From contig CAKSKB010000013.1 of NCBI GenBank assembly GCA_934464705.1, positions 139 through 64,138 of the forward strand: a stretch of 64,000 nt of DNA. The letters are read 5' to 3'. A program made the position numbers and the translations under genes. Positions 9,210-20,201 of the stretch are shown one piece after another (the first letter of the stretch is position 1; the number at the start of each line of letters is the position of its first letter). This stretch comes from an uncultured Clostridia bacterium. GTDB lineage: Bacteria > Bacillota > Clostridia > HGM11514. The notes below the pieces were generated by a model. The model did no database searches. It worked only from the letters and a program-made list of their open reading frames with translations, and had not been told where the DNA came from.

Positions 9210-9869
9210 ATGAATATAAAAGAAATAGTTAAAAGGTACATATTATTTATTGTAAGTTTGTTTTTTTCTGCACTCGGGGTTGCGGTTACGAAGCATGGCG
9301 AACTTGGTGTATCTCCGATTTCATCGATTGCAAATGTGATGAGCTGTAAATACGAGGCTGTTTCGCTGGGGACATGGCTTGTAATATGGAATTGTATTCT
9401 GATTTTGGGACAGGTCGTGATTCTCAAAAAAAGCTTTAGACCGATTCAGCTGCTTCAGCTGCCGCTTTCTTTGCTTTTCGGTATTTTTACGGATATCGGA
9501 ATGATTTTTGCGGATTATATATCTGTTCCGAATTACTTTGTGCGGATTTCTCTTGTTGTTTGCGGCACGGTTATACTTGCATTCGGAATAGCGCTGTCGG
9601 TCATTGCGAATGTTGTAATGAACTCAGGAGAGGCGTTTGTGAAGGCGGTTCCTGACAAATCAGGTATGAAATTCGGGAATGTAAAAATCGGGTTCGATAT
9701 ATGCTGCGTTGTGCTTTCGGTTGCTTTATCGCTGATATTTTTTGGCGGAAGCATTGTCGGAACGAGAGAGGGAACAATCCTTACCGCTCTTTTTACAGGC
9801 GTGGCGGTAAAGATTTTTATAAAGATTTTTGAGAGCCCGCTCGAAAAAATTCTTACGCAGGAGGAATAG
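9210..9869 (+). CDS. YczE/YyaS-like integral membrane protein
   Basis: 219 aa polytopic membrane protein. The N-terminal LFIVSLFFSALGVAVTKHGELGVSPISS matches the YczE family pattern. Confidence 0.55.
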   Translation: MNIKEIVKRYILFIVSLFFSALGVAVTKHGELGVSPISSIANVMSCKYEAVSLGTWLVIWNCILILGQVVILKKSFRPIQLLQLPLSLLFGIFTDIGMIFADYISVPNYFVRISLVVCGTVILAFGIALSVIANVVMNSGEAFVKAVPDKSGMKFGNVKIGFDICCVVLSVALSLIFFGGSIVGTREGTILTALFTGVAVKIFIKIFESPLEKILTQEE

Positions 9870-9872
9870 GTA

Positions 9873-11204
9873 ATGGAAAGAAATTTAACTACGGGCAGTG
9901 TATTTAAAAATATCATTTATTTTTCACTGCCGTTTTTTCTCTCATATTTTTTGCAGACTCTTTACGGAATGGCGGACCTTTTTATAATCGGTCAGTTCGG
10001 AAAAGTTGCGGATATAACGGCAGTCTCGATAGGAAGCCAGGTTATGCATATGCTCACCGTCATGATAGTGGGGCTGGCGATGGGGTCAACGGTTGTGATA
10101 AGCCGTTATGTTGGGGCTGAAAATAAAGACGGAGTTTCTGTTTCCATCGGCAATACCGTTACGCTTTTTGCGGTTGTTTCGGCGGCAGCTACGGTTTTGC
10201 TGCTTTTGTTTGTAAACTCGATAGTTTCGGTAATGTCAACCCCGATTGAGGCGGCTTCGGGTGCCCGTGAATATCTCACAATTTGCTTTATCGGTGTGCC
10301 TTTTATAACGGCATATAATATATTAAGCTCGATTTTCAGAGGGCTTGGCGATTCGAAAAGCCCCATGTATTTTATTGCCGTTTCGTGCGCTGCAAATATT
10401 GTTCTTGATTATATTTTTATCGGTGCGCTTGATATGGGACCTGCCGGGGCGGCGCTCGGCACAACGCTTTCGCAGACAATAAGCGTTATAATTGCGCTTA
10501 TTGTTATAAAAAACAGAGATATGGGTATCCGTATTTCAAAAGCAGATTTTAAACCTGTGCGAAAAATTACAGGGCAGATTATGCGCGTCGGAATCCCGAT
10601 TGCACTTCAGGACGGTTTTATACAGATTGCTTTTATTGTTATAACGGTAATTGCAAACAGACGAGGACTTACAGATTCCGCCGCTGTAGGAATAGTTGAA
10701 AAGCTTATAGGAATTTTCTTTCTTGTTCCTTCCTCCATGCTTTCGTCGGTATCTGCCCTTGCGGCCCAGAATTTCGGTGCCGGAAAGCCGGAGCGCGCAA
10801 GGCTTACTCTTAAATATGCCGCATGCCTTGCGGTTGGGTTCGGGCTTATAGTTTCGCTTATTACGCAGTTTGTTCCGGAGTTGCTTGTGTCGGCTTTTAC
10901 GGACGACGCCGCAGTTACCGTCAGCGGAGGTCAGTATCTGAAAAGTTATGTTTGGGACTGTGCTTTTGCCGGTGCGACATTTGCTTTCAGCGGATATTTC
11001 TGTGCACTTGAAAGGTCGGAAATATCGTTTATCCATAACATTATTTCAATTTTGCTTGTGCGTATTCCCGTCGCATACTTTATGTCGGCAATGTACAAAA
11101 ATTCGCTGTTTCCGATGGGGTTTGCATCACCGCTCGGGTCGCTGTTGTCGCTTTTTATATGCATAGCGGCATATATTATTTTGAATAAGAAAAAGACGGC
11201 TTAA
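9873..11204 (+). CDS. MATE family efflux transporter
   Basis: 443 aa with about 12 TM segments. The N-terminal LPFFLSYFLQTLYGMADLFIIGQ is a typical MATE/NorM signature. Confidence 0.85.
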   Translation: MERNLTTGSVFKNIIYFSLPFFLSYFLQTLYGMADLFIIGQFGKVADITAVSIGSQVMHMLTVMIVGLAMGSTVVISRYVGAENKDGVSVSIGNTVTLFAVVSAAATVLLLLFVNSIVSVMSTPIEAASGAREYLTICFIGVPFITAYNILSSIFRGLGDSKSPMYFIAVSCAANIVLDYIFIGALDMGPAGAALGTTLSQTISVIIALIVIKNRDMGIRISKADFKPVRKITGQIMRVGIPIALQDGFIQIAFIVITVIANRRGLTDSAAVGIVEKLIGIFFLVPSSMLSSVSALAAQNFGAGKPERARLTLKYAACLAVGFGLIVSLITQFVPELLVSAFTDDAAVTVSGGQYLKSYVWDCAFAGATFAFSGYFCALERSEISFIHNIISILLVRIPVAYFMSAMYKNSLFPMGFASPLGSLLSLFICIAAYIILNKKKTA

Positions 11205-11213
11205 AATTAAGGG

Positions 11214-11250
11214 GTATCTGCAGATTATTTTGCAGATACTCCTATTTTTT
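11214..11250 (+). terminator. rho-independent terminator after MATE gene
   Basis: GTATCTGCA-gattattt-TGCAGATAC hairpin followed by TCCTATTTTTT. Confidence 0.5.
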
Positions 11251-12034
11251 CGCCGTATTTTACAGGTGTTTCGATATCTTTTTTTGAATTTTCAATTATA
11301 TCCGGCCTTATTTCGGCAATTCCGTTTTCCAAAAGAAGAACAACGGTTGAACCGCCGAATTCAAACATTCCTTTTTCCTCGCCTCGTTTGAAATTACCGT
11401 TTATTATGCGGTTTGAAATTTTACCTACCATGAGTGCTCCGACTTCAATCTGGCACACATCACCGAAATTATCGGTATGCAGCACGGTTACTTCTCTTGA
11501 ATTTCTCGCAAAAACTTTATATTCTTCGGAAATCGGCATAACGGTATGAAATACGCCTCTGATTTTTTTTGTTTTCCCGATGTGCCCCGAATCTATAAAA
11601 CAGTATCTGTGATAATTGTGGACCGCAAGACGGAACACAAGGCACTTGCCGCCGCTGTAATCATCGGCGCTTTCACCTATCAGTTCCTCTGCCGTGTATA
11701 CGGAGCTTTTAATGCGGAACTGCGAGTCTTTGTTTATGTCATAAACCATCAGGGCGGAATCGCATGGGCTTATAAGTGAAGCGGGGGAAGAGTCGAACGG
11801 CCTTTTCACGGGGAGAATGGTTCTTGTAAAAAAGTCGTTAAACGAACGGTATGGCCTTTTTTCGTAGTCGGACATATCGATACGGTGGTTTTTTATAAAC
11901 CGTTTTACATACAGCGCCGATAATCGTGTACTTAAAATTAAGCCGCCCAATTTTGTTATAGGCGGCTGCACAAGCGGTTTTAATATAATTCTGCCCGGAA
12001 CTGTTTTGTATAAAAAATTCTGAATTTTTTCCAT
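11225..12034 (-). CDS. psd: phosphatidylserine decarboxylase proenzyme
   Basis: 269 aa. The C-terminal GEEKGMFEFGGSTVVLL fits the family's LGST-type self-cleavage region. Its start overlaps the pssA stop. Confidence 0.8.
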   Translation of the reverse strand: MEKIQNFLYKTVPGRIILKPLVQPPITKLGGLILSTRLSALYVKRFIKNHRIDMSDYEKRPYRSFNDFFTRTILPVKRPFDSSPASLISPCDSALMVYDINKDSQFRIKSSVYTAEELIGESADDYSGGKCLVFRLAVHNYHRYCFIDSGHIGKTKKIRGVFHTVMPISEEYKVFARNSREVTVLHTDNFGDVCQIEVGALMVGKISNRIINGNFKRGEEKGMFEFGGSTVVLLLENGIAEIRPDIIENSKKDIETPVKYGEKIGVSAK

Positions 12035-12669
12035 TATATTTTACTTCCGTATTTAATAAGGCTTAAAAACACCACAAGTCCGATAAACACCAAAACAACT
12101 TTGCCGAGCTTTGCAGGCTTTCTTATCGGGATATTAATAATAAATCCGAAGCCGAGCATGAGCATAACTATTGCCATCATGATATTGCTGTTGACAAGCC
12201 CCGTCATAACATCAATCAGCTTGAACATCGGCACAACCAGCGCGGAGGTTGTAATAGGAACACCCCGAAAGCCGTGTGATGCCGTGTTATTATCCTTATT
12301 AACTTCCTCAAGAACATTATAGTAACCAAGCCTTATAACACCTGCGAGAACATAAAAGCAGAGTATGGATATCCCGATTACGCCGAGTTCCTTAACACCT
12401 GCGCAGTACGCAAGCACGGCAGGTGCAACGCCGAAACACACGAGGTCACAAAGAGAGTCAATCTGAACACCGAAGCTTTTTGCGTACTTGTCACGCTTGA
12501 CCTTCCTTGCAATCGAGCCGTCAAACATATCGCATATACCCGAAATCATAAGACAGATAAGCGCCGCTTTAATATTTCCGCCGAAGGACTGGAATATCCC
12601 GATAACGGAAAATATCAGCCCGACATATGTTAAAATAACGGAAGGGTTGTAATAACCTACCATTCTCAT
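12034..12669 (-). CDS. pssA: CDP-diacylglycerol--serine O-phosphatidyltransferase
   Basis: CDP-alcohol phosphatidyltransferase motif DMFDGSIARK...G..D...D in a multi-TM protein. Confidence 0.8.
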   Translation of the reverse strand: MRMVGYYNPSVILTYVGLIFSVIGIFQSFGGNIKAALICLMISGICDMFDGSIARKVKRDKYAKSFGVQIDSLCDLVCFGVAPAVLAYCAGVKELGVIGISILCFYVLAGVIRLGYYNVLEEVNKDNNTASHGFRGVPITTSALVVPMFKLIDVMTGLVNSNIMMAIVMLMLGFGFIINIPIRKPAKLGKVVLVFIGLVVFLSLIKYGSKI

Positions 12670-12846
12670 TCGCTCCTAACAATTATTCTATTTATATAAT
12701 AACACACATTTCGGAATTTTGCAAGCATAAAAACATTTTTTTATAAAACATATTGAAAAATGCACCCAGTTTGTGTTAAAATAAAATCATGAAATATTCA
12801 CGCAGTGTTCACTTTTTGCATTTACAATTTAGATGGAGGTGCTTTT

Positions 12847-13527
12847 ATGTACAGCATACTTGTTGTTGACGACGAAACGCAAATCCGCAGGCTTATAAGA
12901 AAATACGCCGAGTTTGAAGGCTTTGCGGTTTTTGAGGCGGAAAACGGCATGCAGGCGATTGATATGTGCCGTGAAAGCAATTACGATATAGTTATAATGG
13001 ATGTGATGATGCCTGAACTTGACGGCTTTTCGGCATGCACGGAAATAAGAAAGTTCAGCTCGGTTCCCATGATTATGCTTTCGGCAAGGGGCGAGGAGTA
13101 CGACAGGATTCATGGTTTTGAAAACGGGGTCGACGATTATGTGGTTAAGCCGTTTTCGCCGCGCGAACTGATGATGAGGGTTAATGCAATAATAAAAAGG
13201 TACGCCGGAAAGGAAGAGGACCTTCCCGACCACGAAACCTTTACAATAGGAAAGCTGACAGTCGATTTTACGGGAAGACTTGTATATGTTGACGGTAAAA
13301 AAGTCAATCTTTCCCCAAAGGAATATGACCTCCTTTTCTATCTTGTTAAGAACCGCAATATTGCGCTTACAAGAGAAAAACTTATAACAAATGTCTGGGG
13401 CTATGATTTTTACGGAGATGACAGAACTCTCGATACCCACATAAAGCTTCTTCGCAAAAGCCTCGGAGAGTGCAGCGATTATATTGTTACTCTGAGAGGA
13501 GTTGGATACAGATTTGAAACAGCATAA
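12847..13527 (+). CDS. OmpR-family response regulator
   Basis: Receiver domain ILVVDDE...IMDVMMP with a winged-helix C-terminus (LTVDFTGRLVYVDGKKVNLSPKEYDLLFYL). The RBS GGAGGTG precedes the ATG at 12847. Confidence 0.85.
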   Translation: MYSILVVDDETQIRRLIRKYAEFEGFAVFEAENGMQAIDMCRESNYDIVIMDVMMPELDGFSACTEIRKFSSVPMIMLSARGEEYDRIHGFENGVDDYVVKPFSPRELMMRVNAIIKRYAGKEEDLPDHETFTIGKLTVDFTGRLVYVDGKKVNLSPKEYDLLFYLVKNRNIALTREKLITNVWGYDFYGDDRTLDTHIKLLRKSLGECSDYIVTLRGVGYRFETA

Positions 13528-14974
13528 AAGAAGGTCGCTTCCGGTAAATAATCTTGTTTTTCTGTACCTTATCGGGTTCGTGCTTATACTGATAATGATT
13601 CTGTGGCTGCTTCAGATTGTTTTTCTTGATTATATTTATAAGGAAATCAAGGAAACCGAAATCAAAAAGATTTCCGAAGCCGTTGCGGATAATTTTAAAA
13701 ATCCGGATATTCAGAACATACTTGATTATTCCCAAAGCCAGAGGGATGTTTCGATTTCCGCAATAGATTCTAAGGGCAGGGTCATATTGTCGAATGTTAA
13801 CTTCCCGAACGATATTCTGACTTCGAGCATTAATCCGGATACATACGCAAGGCTTTACAGCGAAGCCGAAAAACAAGACGGTGCGACATATTACATTGAC
13901 GATTCCATGGTTCACAGCTATAATACGGTTGACAGAATTGCAAAGGATAACCCCATAATGAAAAGGCGGAAAATGTCTGCGCTTGTATGCACAAGAGCCG
14001 TTACGGACAGCAGCGGACGGAGTCTTTTGCTGCTTGCCTACAGCTTTATTTCGCCCGTAAATTCCACCGTTGACACTCTTAAACACGAGTTCTTTTTTAT
14101 AACGGTTCTGCTCATTTTGCTTTCGGCGCTGATGGCGGTTATTATATCCAAAAAGGTTACTGCGCCGATTTCCGATATAAATAAGTCGGCGAAGGTTCTT
14201 GCAACCGGAAATTACGAAACGGTGTTTGACGGCAGCGGTTTCAGGGAAATTGAGGAACTTTCGGAAACGCTTAATCAGGCAACCGTTCAGCTTTCAAAGG
14301 TTGACAGGGTAAGCCGCGAACTTATTGCAAATGTGTCCCACGACCTCAGAACTCCGCTTACGATGATAACGGGTTATGCGGAGGTTATGCGCGATATTCC
14401 CGGCGAGTACACTCCCGAAAATGTTCAGATTATCATTGATGAAAGCAAAAGGCTTACAAATCTTGTAAATGATGTCATGGATGTCTCGAACCTTTCTTCG
14501 GGTGCGGTTCCGGTTTCCTGTTCAAAGGTGTGTATCACAAAGACAATTACGAGGATTCTGGAGCGTTACAAAAAGCTCTGTGATCAGCAGCATTATATTA
14601 TTGAGTTTGAACATTCCGGCAAAGTCGATGTTATTGCGGATGAGGGCAAAATTTCGCAGGTTATATACAACCTTATCAATAATGCCATTCATTACTGCGG
14701 TACGGATAGAAAAATCATAATCAGGCAGACAATCGGTGCCGATGATGTCAGAATCGATGTAATCGACCACGGAATAGGCATAAGCAAAGATGATTTGCCG
14801 TATATCTGGGACAGGTATTTTAAGTCCAAGCAAATTCATAAACGCGCGGTTGTCGGAACGGGTCTCGGACTTTCGATTGTAAAAAATATACTTGAGCTTC
14901 ACGGCTGCAGCTACGGCGCCGAAAGCCATGAGGGCGAAGGCTCCGATTTCTGGTTCATACTTAAGCAATATTGA
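13502..14974 (+). CDS. sensor histidine kinase
   Basis: Two TM segments, an H-box SHDLRTPL, and N/G boxes NLINNAIHY / GTGLGLSIV. Apparent TTG start overlaps the response-regulator stop. Confidence 0.8.
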   Translation: MDTDLKQHKRRSLPVNNLVFLYLIGFVLILIMILWLLQIVFLDYIYKEIKETEIKKISEAVADNFKNPDIQNILDYSQSQRDVSISAIDSKGRVILSNVNFPNDILTSSINPDTYARLYSEAEKQDGATYYIDDSMVHSYNTVDRIAKDNPIMKRRKMSALVCTRAVTDSSGRSLLLLAYSFISPVNSTVDTLKHEFFFITVLLILLSALMAVIISKKVTAPISDINKSAKVLATGNYETVFDGSGFREIEELSETLNQATVQLSKVDRVSRELIANVSHDLRTPLTMITGYAEVMRDIPGEYTPENVQIIIDESKRLTNLVNDVMDVSNLSSGAVPVSCSKVCITKTITRILERYKKLCDQQHYIIEFEHSGKVDVIADEGKISQVIYNLINNAIHYCGTDRKIIIRQTIGADDVRIDVIDHGIGISKDDLPYIWDRYFKSKQIHKRAVVGTGLGLSIVKNILELHGCSYGAESHEGEGSDFWFILKQY

Positions 14975-15003
14975 TAAATTACCGAAATTGTGTGATTTGA
15001 CTA

Positions 15004-15032
15004 TTGACGAACCGATTGTTTTATGGTAAAAT
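15004..15032 (+). promoter_or_regulatory. sigma-A promoter of pyr operon (TTGACG-17-TAAAAT)
   Basis: Read directly from the sequence. The leader is short, about 25-40 nt depending on which pyrC start is used (15054/15063/15075), and contains no PyrR-type attenuator hairpin. Confidence 0.5.
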
Positions 15033-15053
15033 ATTAATATAAAATATTCAGGG

Positions 15054-16322
15054 GTGATATGTTTGACATTCGTTTTGAAAAACGCTTGGGTTTATGCTGA
15101 CAATGCTTTTAAAAAACTCGATGTGTTAATTAAAGACGGTATAATTGTTGAAATTTCTCCTTCCTGCACGGGCAATTCGGTTTTTGATTTTAATAATTGT
15201 TATATTTTTCCCGGTTTCGCAGATGTTCATGTTCATCTGCGTGAGCCGGGTTTTTCTTATAAGGAAACAATCTTAACCGGTACAAAAGCCTGCGCCGCAG
15301 GAGGTTATACTCATGTTTTGACAATGCCGAATTTGAATCCGGTTCCGGATTCGTATGAGAATTTAAAGGTTCAGCTTGATATAATCAGGCGTGACGCATG
15401 TATAAGCGTTTTGCCGTTTGCATCGATAACAAAAGGGGAAAAAGGTGAGGAACTTTCTGATTTTGAGGGACTTGCGCCGTATTGTGCCGGTTTTTCGGAT
15501 GACGGCAGGGGAGTGCAGAGCGAACAGATAATGCTTGAGGCGATGAAACGGGCAAAAAAACTCGGTAAAATCATATCCGCTCACTGTGAGGACAATTCGC
15601 TTCTTTTCGGCGGATATATCCATGACGGATTATATGCAAGAGAGCACGGACATAAGGGGATTTCGTCCGAGAGCGAATGGCGGCAGATTGAACGCGACAT
15701 AGCACTGGCTGAAAAAACCGGCTGTAAGTATCATGTCTGTCATATTTCGTGCCGTGAAAGCGTTGAGCTTATAAGAAGTGCGAAAAGCAGGGGTGTTGAT
15801 ATAACATGCGAAACGGCACCGCATTATCTTGTACTTAACGATTCACAGCTTGAAGAGGACGGGAGGTTCAAAATGAATCCCCCGATAAGAAGCGAGAGCG
15901 ACCGCCTTGCGCTCATCGAGGGTATAAAAGACGGCACTCTGGATATGATAGCAACAGACCACGCCCCTCATTCTGCGGAGGAAAAATCCAAGGGGCTTTC
16001 AGGCAGTCTTATGGGGATAAGCGGTATAGAAACGGCCTTTCCGATTCTTTATACGGAACTTGTGCGTAAAAATGTTATAACGCTTGAAAAACTGATTGAA
16101 CTTTTGAATATAAATCCGCTAAGGCGCTTCGGCGCAGGCGGTGAACTGAAAACGGGAAAGCCCGCAAATCTTACTGTTTTCAATCTTGATGAACGGTATA
16201 AAATCAATTCGTCCGAATTTCTCTCGATGGGAAAGGCAACGCCGTTTGACGGGCGGGAGGTTTTCGGAAGATGTCTTTTAACCGCAGCGGACGGAAATAT
16301 TGTGTGGAGGTATAATAAATGA
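15054..16322 (+). CDS. pyrC: dihydroorotase
   Basis: Metal-binding motif DVHVHLREPG, carboxylated-lysine region and a C-terminal HAPH motif. The exact start is ambiguous among GTG 15054, TTG 15063 and TTG 15075. Confidence 0.85.
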   Translation: MICLTFVLKNAWVYADNAFKKLDVLIKDGIIVEISPSCTGNSVFDFNNCYIFPGFADVHVHLREPGFSYKETILTGTKACAAGGYTHVLTMPNLNPVPDSYENLKVQLDIIRRDACISVLPFASITKGEKGEELSDFEGLAPYCAGFSDDGRGVQSEQIMLEAMKRAKKLGKIISAHCEDNSLLFGGYIHDGLYAREHGHKGISSESEWRQIERDIALAEKTGCKYHVCHISCRESVELIRSAKSRGVDITCETAPHYLVLNDSQLEEDGRFKMNPPIRSESDRLALIEGIKDGTLDMIATDHAPHSAEEKSKGLSGSLMGISGIETAFPILYTELVRKNVITLEKLIELLNINPLRRFGAGGELKTGKPANLTVFNLDERYKINSSEFLSMGKATPFDGREVFGRCLLTAADGNIVWRYNK

Positions 16323-17041
16323 ACCAGGTGATGCTTGAAATTAAAAGCAATCGCAGAATTGCCGAGAGAACATTTGAAACGAAGCTTTTCGGGGATATTT
16401 CGGAAATTTCATATCCAGGACAGTTTGTAAACTTCAAATTGGAAGGTTTTTTCCTGAGACGACCGATTTCGGTCTGCGATTTTGAGGACGATAATCTTAC
16501 GGTTATTTATAAGGTTGTGGGGAACGGAACCGAAAAAATGAGCACAATGAAACCGGGTGAAAAACTCGACACTCTTGTGGGTCTTGGAAACGGTTACAGG
16601 GTTGAAAATGCCGGTGAAAAGCCGCTGCTTGCAGGCGGAGGAGCCGGTGTTCCGCCGCTTTATGCTCTGGCAAAACGGCTTAAAAATCCTACGGTTGTCA
16701 TGGGCTTCAACACCGCCGATGAGATTTTTTACAAAGAAGAATTTGAAAAAATCGGGGCGAAGGTTTTTGTTTCCACTGCCGACGGGAGCGTAGGGACGCG
16801 CGGCTTTGTAACCGATGTTATAAAAAACCTCGGCGAGTTTTCCCATGTGTATGCCTGCGGTCCGGAGCCTATGCTTAAGGCGGTTTACGATATATGCCCA
16901 TGCGGCGGCGAATTCAGCTTTGAAGAAAGAATGGGCTGCGGTTTCGGAGCGTGTATGGGCTGCTCGTGTAAAACCAAGTACGGTTATAAAAGAATCTGCA
17001 AAGACGGTCCGGTGCTTTCAAAGGAGGAAATAATATGGTAG
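16319..17041 (+). CDS. pyrK: dihydroorotate dehydrogenase electron-transfer subunit
   Basis: FAD/NAD-binding fold with a C-terminal 2Fe-2S cysteine cluster CPCGG...CGFGACMGC. Overlaps pyrC by ATGA. Confidence 0.85.
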   Translation: MNQVMLEIKSNRRIAERTFETKLFGDISEISYPGQFVNFKLEGFFLRRPISVCDFEDDNLTVIYKVVGNGTEKMSTMKPGEKLDTLVGLGNGYRVENAGEKPLLAGGGAGVPPLYALAKRLKNPTVVMGFNTADEIFYKEEFEKIGAKVFVSTADGSVGTRGFVTDVIKNLGEFSHVYACGPEPMLKAVYDICPCGGEFSFEERMGCGFGACMGCSCKTKYGYKRICKDGPVLSKEEIIW

Positions 17042-17946
17042 ATTTGAGCGTGGATTTAAGCGGCGTAAAGCTTTCAAACCCGATAATTCCGGCAAGCGGC
17101 ACTTTCGGGTACGGCTATGAGTTTGCACAGCTTTACGACATAAATATTCTCGGCAGCATTGCGTTTAAGGGCACGACAAAAGAACCGAGATTCGGCAATC
17201 CCACCCCGAGAATTGCGGAGTGCCGTGAGGGAATTATCAATTCTGTCGGTCTCCAGAACCCGGGAATCGAAAAGGTGATTTCGGAGGAACTTCCGAAACT
17301 TTCGCTTTTTTACAAAAAGCCCGTTATCGCAAATATAAGCGGTTTTTCGGTTGATGAATACAAGTATTGCTGCGAGAAGATAAACGCAGAAAAGCAGGTC
17401 GGGATTATCGAGGTTAACATAAGCTGCCCCAATGTTCATAACGGGGGAATGAGTTTCGGTATGCAGCCGGACGCAGCGTACGAGGTAACAAAGGCTGTGA
17501 AGTCGGTGACGGACAAGCCGGTATATATGAAATTAAGCCCGAATGTTACCGATATAACCGAAATCGCATCAGCCTGCGAGGAGGGCGGAGCGGACGGAAT
17601 TTCACTCATCAACACCCTTATGGGTATGAGGATTGATATAAAAACGAGAAAACCTGTTATCAGGAATAAAATCGGCGGATTTTCGGGTTCTGCGGTTTTT
17701 CCGGTAGCGCTTAAAATGGTGTATCAGGTTTTTGAAACTGTTGATATTCCGATTATAGGTATCGGCGGAATAACATCTGCGGAGGATGTAATCGAAATGA
17801 TGCTTGCCGGCGCTTCGGCTGTTGAAATCGGTGCCGAAAATCTTGTTAACCCCTACTGCTGCAAGGAAATAATCGAAAAGCTGCCGCAGGTTATGAAAAA
17901 GTTGAATATTAATAAGCTTAGTGATATTATAGGAGGTGCCCACTGA
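17035..17946 (+). CDS. pyrD: dihydroorotate dehydrogenase catalytic subunit (class 1B)
   Basis: TIM-barrel DHODH motifs NPIIPASGTFG and NISCPN. Confidence 0.85.
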   Translation: MVDLSVDLSGVKLSNPIIPASGTFGYGYEFAQLYDINILGSIAFKGTTKEPRFGNPTPRIAECREGIINSVGLQNPGIEKVISEELPKLSLFYKKPVIANISGFSVDEYKYCCEKINAEKQVGIIEVNISCPNVHNGGMSFGMQPDAAYEVTKAVKSVTDKPVYMKLSPNVTDITEIASACEEGGADGISLINTLMGMRIDIKTRKPVIRNKIGGFSGSAVFPVALKMVYQVFETVDIPIIGIGGITSAEDVIEMMLAGASAVEIGAENLVNPYCCKEIIEKLPQVMKKLNINKLSDIIGGAH

Positions 17947-18644
17947 TGGGAAAGGATGTTATAATTGCCTGTGATTTTTCGGGCAGAAAAGAAACACTGG
18001 AATTTTTGGATAAGTTTCAAGGCAGAAAGCCGTTTGTGAAAATCGGCATGGAACTGTTTTATTCGGCCGGCCCCGAAATTGTCAGGGAAATTAAGGCGAG
18101 AGGTCATAAAATTTTTCTTGACCTCAAGCTTTGCGATATTCCGAATACCGTCAGAAAATCAATGGCGGTGCTTTCAAAACTTGATGTTGATATGTGCAAT
18201 CTTCATGCGTTCGGCACAAAAGCGATGATGGAGGCGGCGCTTGAAGGGCTGACGAGAGATGACGGCTCAAGACCGATTTTAATCGCCGTAACTCAGCTTA
18301 CATCTACAAGCGAGGAGCGCATGAAAGATGAGCTCCTGATAAATGAACCAATAGATAGGGTGGTTATGCACTATGCAAAAAACGCTGCCGACTGCGGTCT
18401 TGACGGCGTTGTGTGCTCACCCCTTGAGGCAGCGAAGGTAAAGTCGGTATGCGGACAAAAATTTCTTACCGTTACGCCCGGTATACGCTTTGCTGACGGT
18501 GAGGTCGGTGACCAGGTGAGGGTTACAACACCCGAAGAAGCTAAGAAAATCGGCTCCGATTACATAGTTGTGGGAAGACCCGTTACCGCTGCCCCGGACC
18601 CGGTTGCGGCTTACGAAAGATGTCTTAAAGAATTTTTGGATTAA
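17946..18644 (+). CDS. pyrF: orotidine 5'-phosphate decarboxylase
   Basis: [13 protein letters not shown] matches the DxKxxDIPNT motif. Confidence 0.85.
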   Translation: MGKDVIIACDFSGRKETLEFLDKFQGRKPFVKIGMELFYSAGPEIVREIKARGHKIFLDLKLCDIPNTVRKSMAVLSKLDVDMCNLHAFGTKAMMEAALEGLTRDDGSRPILIAVTQLTSTSEERMKDELLINEPIDRVVMHYAKNAADCGLDGVVCSPLEAAKVKSVCGQKFLTVTPGIRFADGEVGDQVRVTTPEEAKKIGSDYIVVGRPVTAAPDPVAAYERCLKEFLD

Positions 18645-18657
18645 GGAGTGCAGGAAT

Positions 18658-19296
18658 ATGAAAAAGTTGATTTCAAAAGATTTATTGTCTATAGGGGCGG
18701 TGTTTTTAAGACCGGAAGAGCCTTTTACATGGGCGAGCGGAATTAAAAGTCCGGTTTACTGCGATAACCGCCTTACCCTTACTGCGCCTAAGGTTCGTTA
18801 TGATATTGAAAACGGTCTTGCGCAGCTTATAAAAGATAATTATCCCGAAACCGAGGTTATTATGGGAACAAGCACGGCAGGGATTGCTCATGCGGCGATA
18901 GTCGGGCATATTATGAAGCTGCCTATGGGTTATGTGCGCTCGGGGGCAAAAGACCACGGCAGGGGTAACCGCATAGAGGGCAAGCTCGAGAAGGGGCAGA
19001 AGGTTGTTGTGGTTGAGGACCTTATTTCAACCGGAGGGAGCGTAATCGAGGTTGTTGAAGCGCTCAGAGACGCCGGTGCGGAGGTGCTGGGAATTGTCAG
19101 CATCTATACATACGGAATGAAAAAAGGGCTTGAAAGGCTTGCTGCGGCAAATGTTAAAAATATCAGCCTTACGGATTTTGACACTACGGTTGAAGTTGCG
19201 GCAGAAACAGGTTACATTAAGCCGGAAGATAAGGAAAGGCTTATCAGATTCAGGAACAATCCTTCCGACGAAAGCTGGATAGGGGGCGTGAAATGA
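18658..19296 (+). CDS. pyrE: orotate phosphoribosyltransferase
   Basis: PRPP-binding motif [16 protein letters not shown] at 18658 with the RBS AAGGAG. Confidence 0.85.
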   Translation: MKKLISKDLLSIGAVFLRPEEPFTWASGIKSPVYCDNRLTLTAPKVRYDIENGLAQLIKDNYPETEVIMGTSTAGIAHAAIVGHIMKLPMGYVRSGAKDHGRGNRIEGKLEKGQKVVVVEDLISTGGSVIEVVEALRDAGAEVLGIVSIYTYGMKKGLERLAAANVKNISLTDFDTTVEVAAETGYIKPEDKERLIRFRNNPSDESWIGGVK

Positions 19297-20201
19297 AAAA
19301 TCTTATAAGTATTGAGGATTTGTCGGTACAGGAAATTGACGGGCTTTTGAAAACCGCAGACGATATCATGAACAATCCCGGTAAATACATAGAAAAATGC
19401 CGCAATAAAAAGCTTGCAACGCTCTTTTTTGAGCCTTCTACAAGAACAAGACTGAGCTTTGAGGCGGCGATGTATGAACTTGGCGGAAATGTTGTAAGCG
19501 TTGCCTCCGCCGACAGCAGTTCGGCTTCAAAAGGAGAAAGCGTTTCGGATACAGTCCGTGTGGTGAGCTGCTATGCGGATATCATAGCAATGCGCCACCC
19601 CAAAGAGGGCGCTCCGCTTATTGCGTCGATGAAGTCCGGGGTTCCGATTATAAATGCCGGTGACGGCGGTCATAATCACCCGACTCAGACGCTTGCAGAT
19701 ATTATGACGATTTACAAGGAAAAGGGACGGCTTGACAATCTCACAATCGGTCTTTGCGGCGACCTTAAATTCGGCAGAACCGTTCATTCGCTGATACAGG
19801 CGATGTCAAGATATGGGAACAACCGATTTGTGCTTGTTTCGCCGAATGAACTCAAAGTGCCTGACTACATTAAAAACGGCTATCTTACGGAAACAAATTC
19901 CTATGAAACCGAAAATCTCGATGAGGTTATGCCGGAACTTGATATTCTTTATATGACGAGGGTTCAGCGCGAGAGATTTTTTAACGAAGCGGATTATATA
20001 AGACTTAAAGACAGCTTTATTCTGACACCGGAGAAGCTGGAAAATGCAAAATCCGATTTGGCAATTCTGCATCCGTTGCCGAGGGTGAACGAGATTTCAG
20101 TGAGGGTTGACGACGACCCGAGAGCATGTTACTTCAAACAGGTACTTTACGGGAAATTCATGCGTATGGCGCTGATTATTGCGCTTCTGGAGGTGAAATA
20201 A
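19293..20201 (+). CDS. pyrB: aspartate carbamoyltransferase catalytic subunit
   Basis: Motifs STRTR and HPTQ, plus the HPLP region. Confidence 0.9.
   Translation: MKNLISIEDLSVQEIDGLLKTADDIMNNPGKYIEKCRNKKLATLFFEPSTRTRLSFEAAMYELGGNVVSVASADSSSASKGESVSDTVRVVSCYADIIAMRHPKEGAPLIASMKSGVPIINAGDGGHNHPTQTLADIMTIYKEKGRLDNLTIGLCGDLKFGRTVHSLIQAMSRYGNNRFVLVSPNELKVPDYIKNGYLTETNSYETENLDEVMPELDILYMTRVQRERFFNEADYIRLKDSFILTPEKLENAKSDLAILHPLPRVNEISVRVDDDPRACYFKQVLYGKFMRMALIIALLEVK

Noticed and set aside
10536-11036. 166-aa minus-strand ORF inside the MATE gene
   Set aside because: Shadow ORF antisense to a clear 12-TM transporter.
12829-14086. Two minus-strand ORFs (203 aa and 199 aa) antisense to the response regulator and histidine kinase
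   Set aside because: The sense strand carries canonical receiver and H-box/N-box/G-box motifs, so the antisense frames are spurious.
15033-15075. Possible PyrR-type attenuator upstream of pyrC
   Set aside because: The leader is only about 25-40 nt depending on the pyrC start chosen. It has no terminator/antiterminator hairpins and no PyrR-box-like sequence, so no RNA switch is supported.
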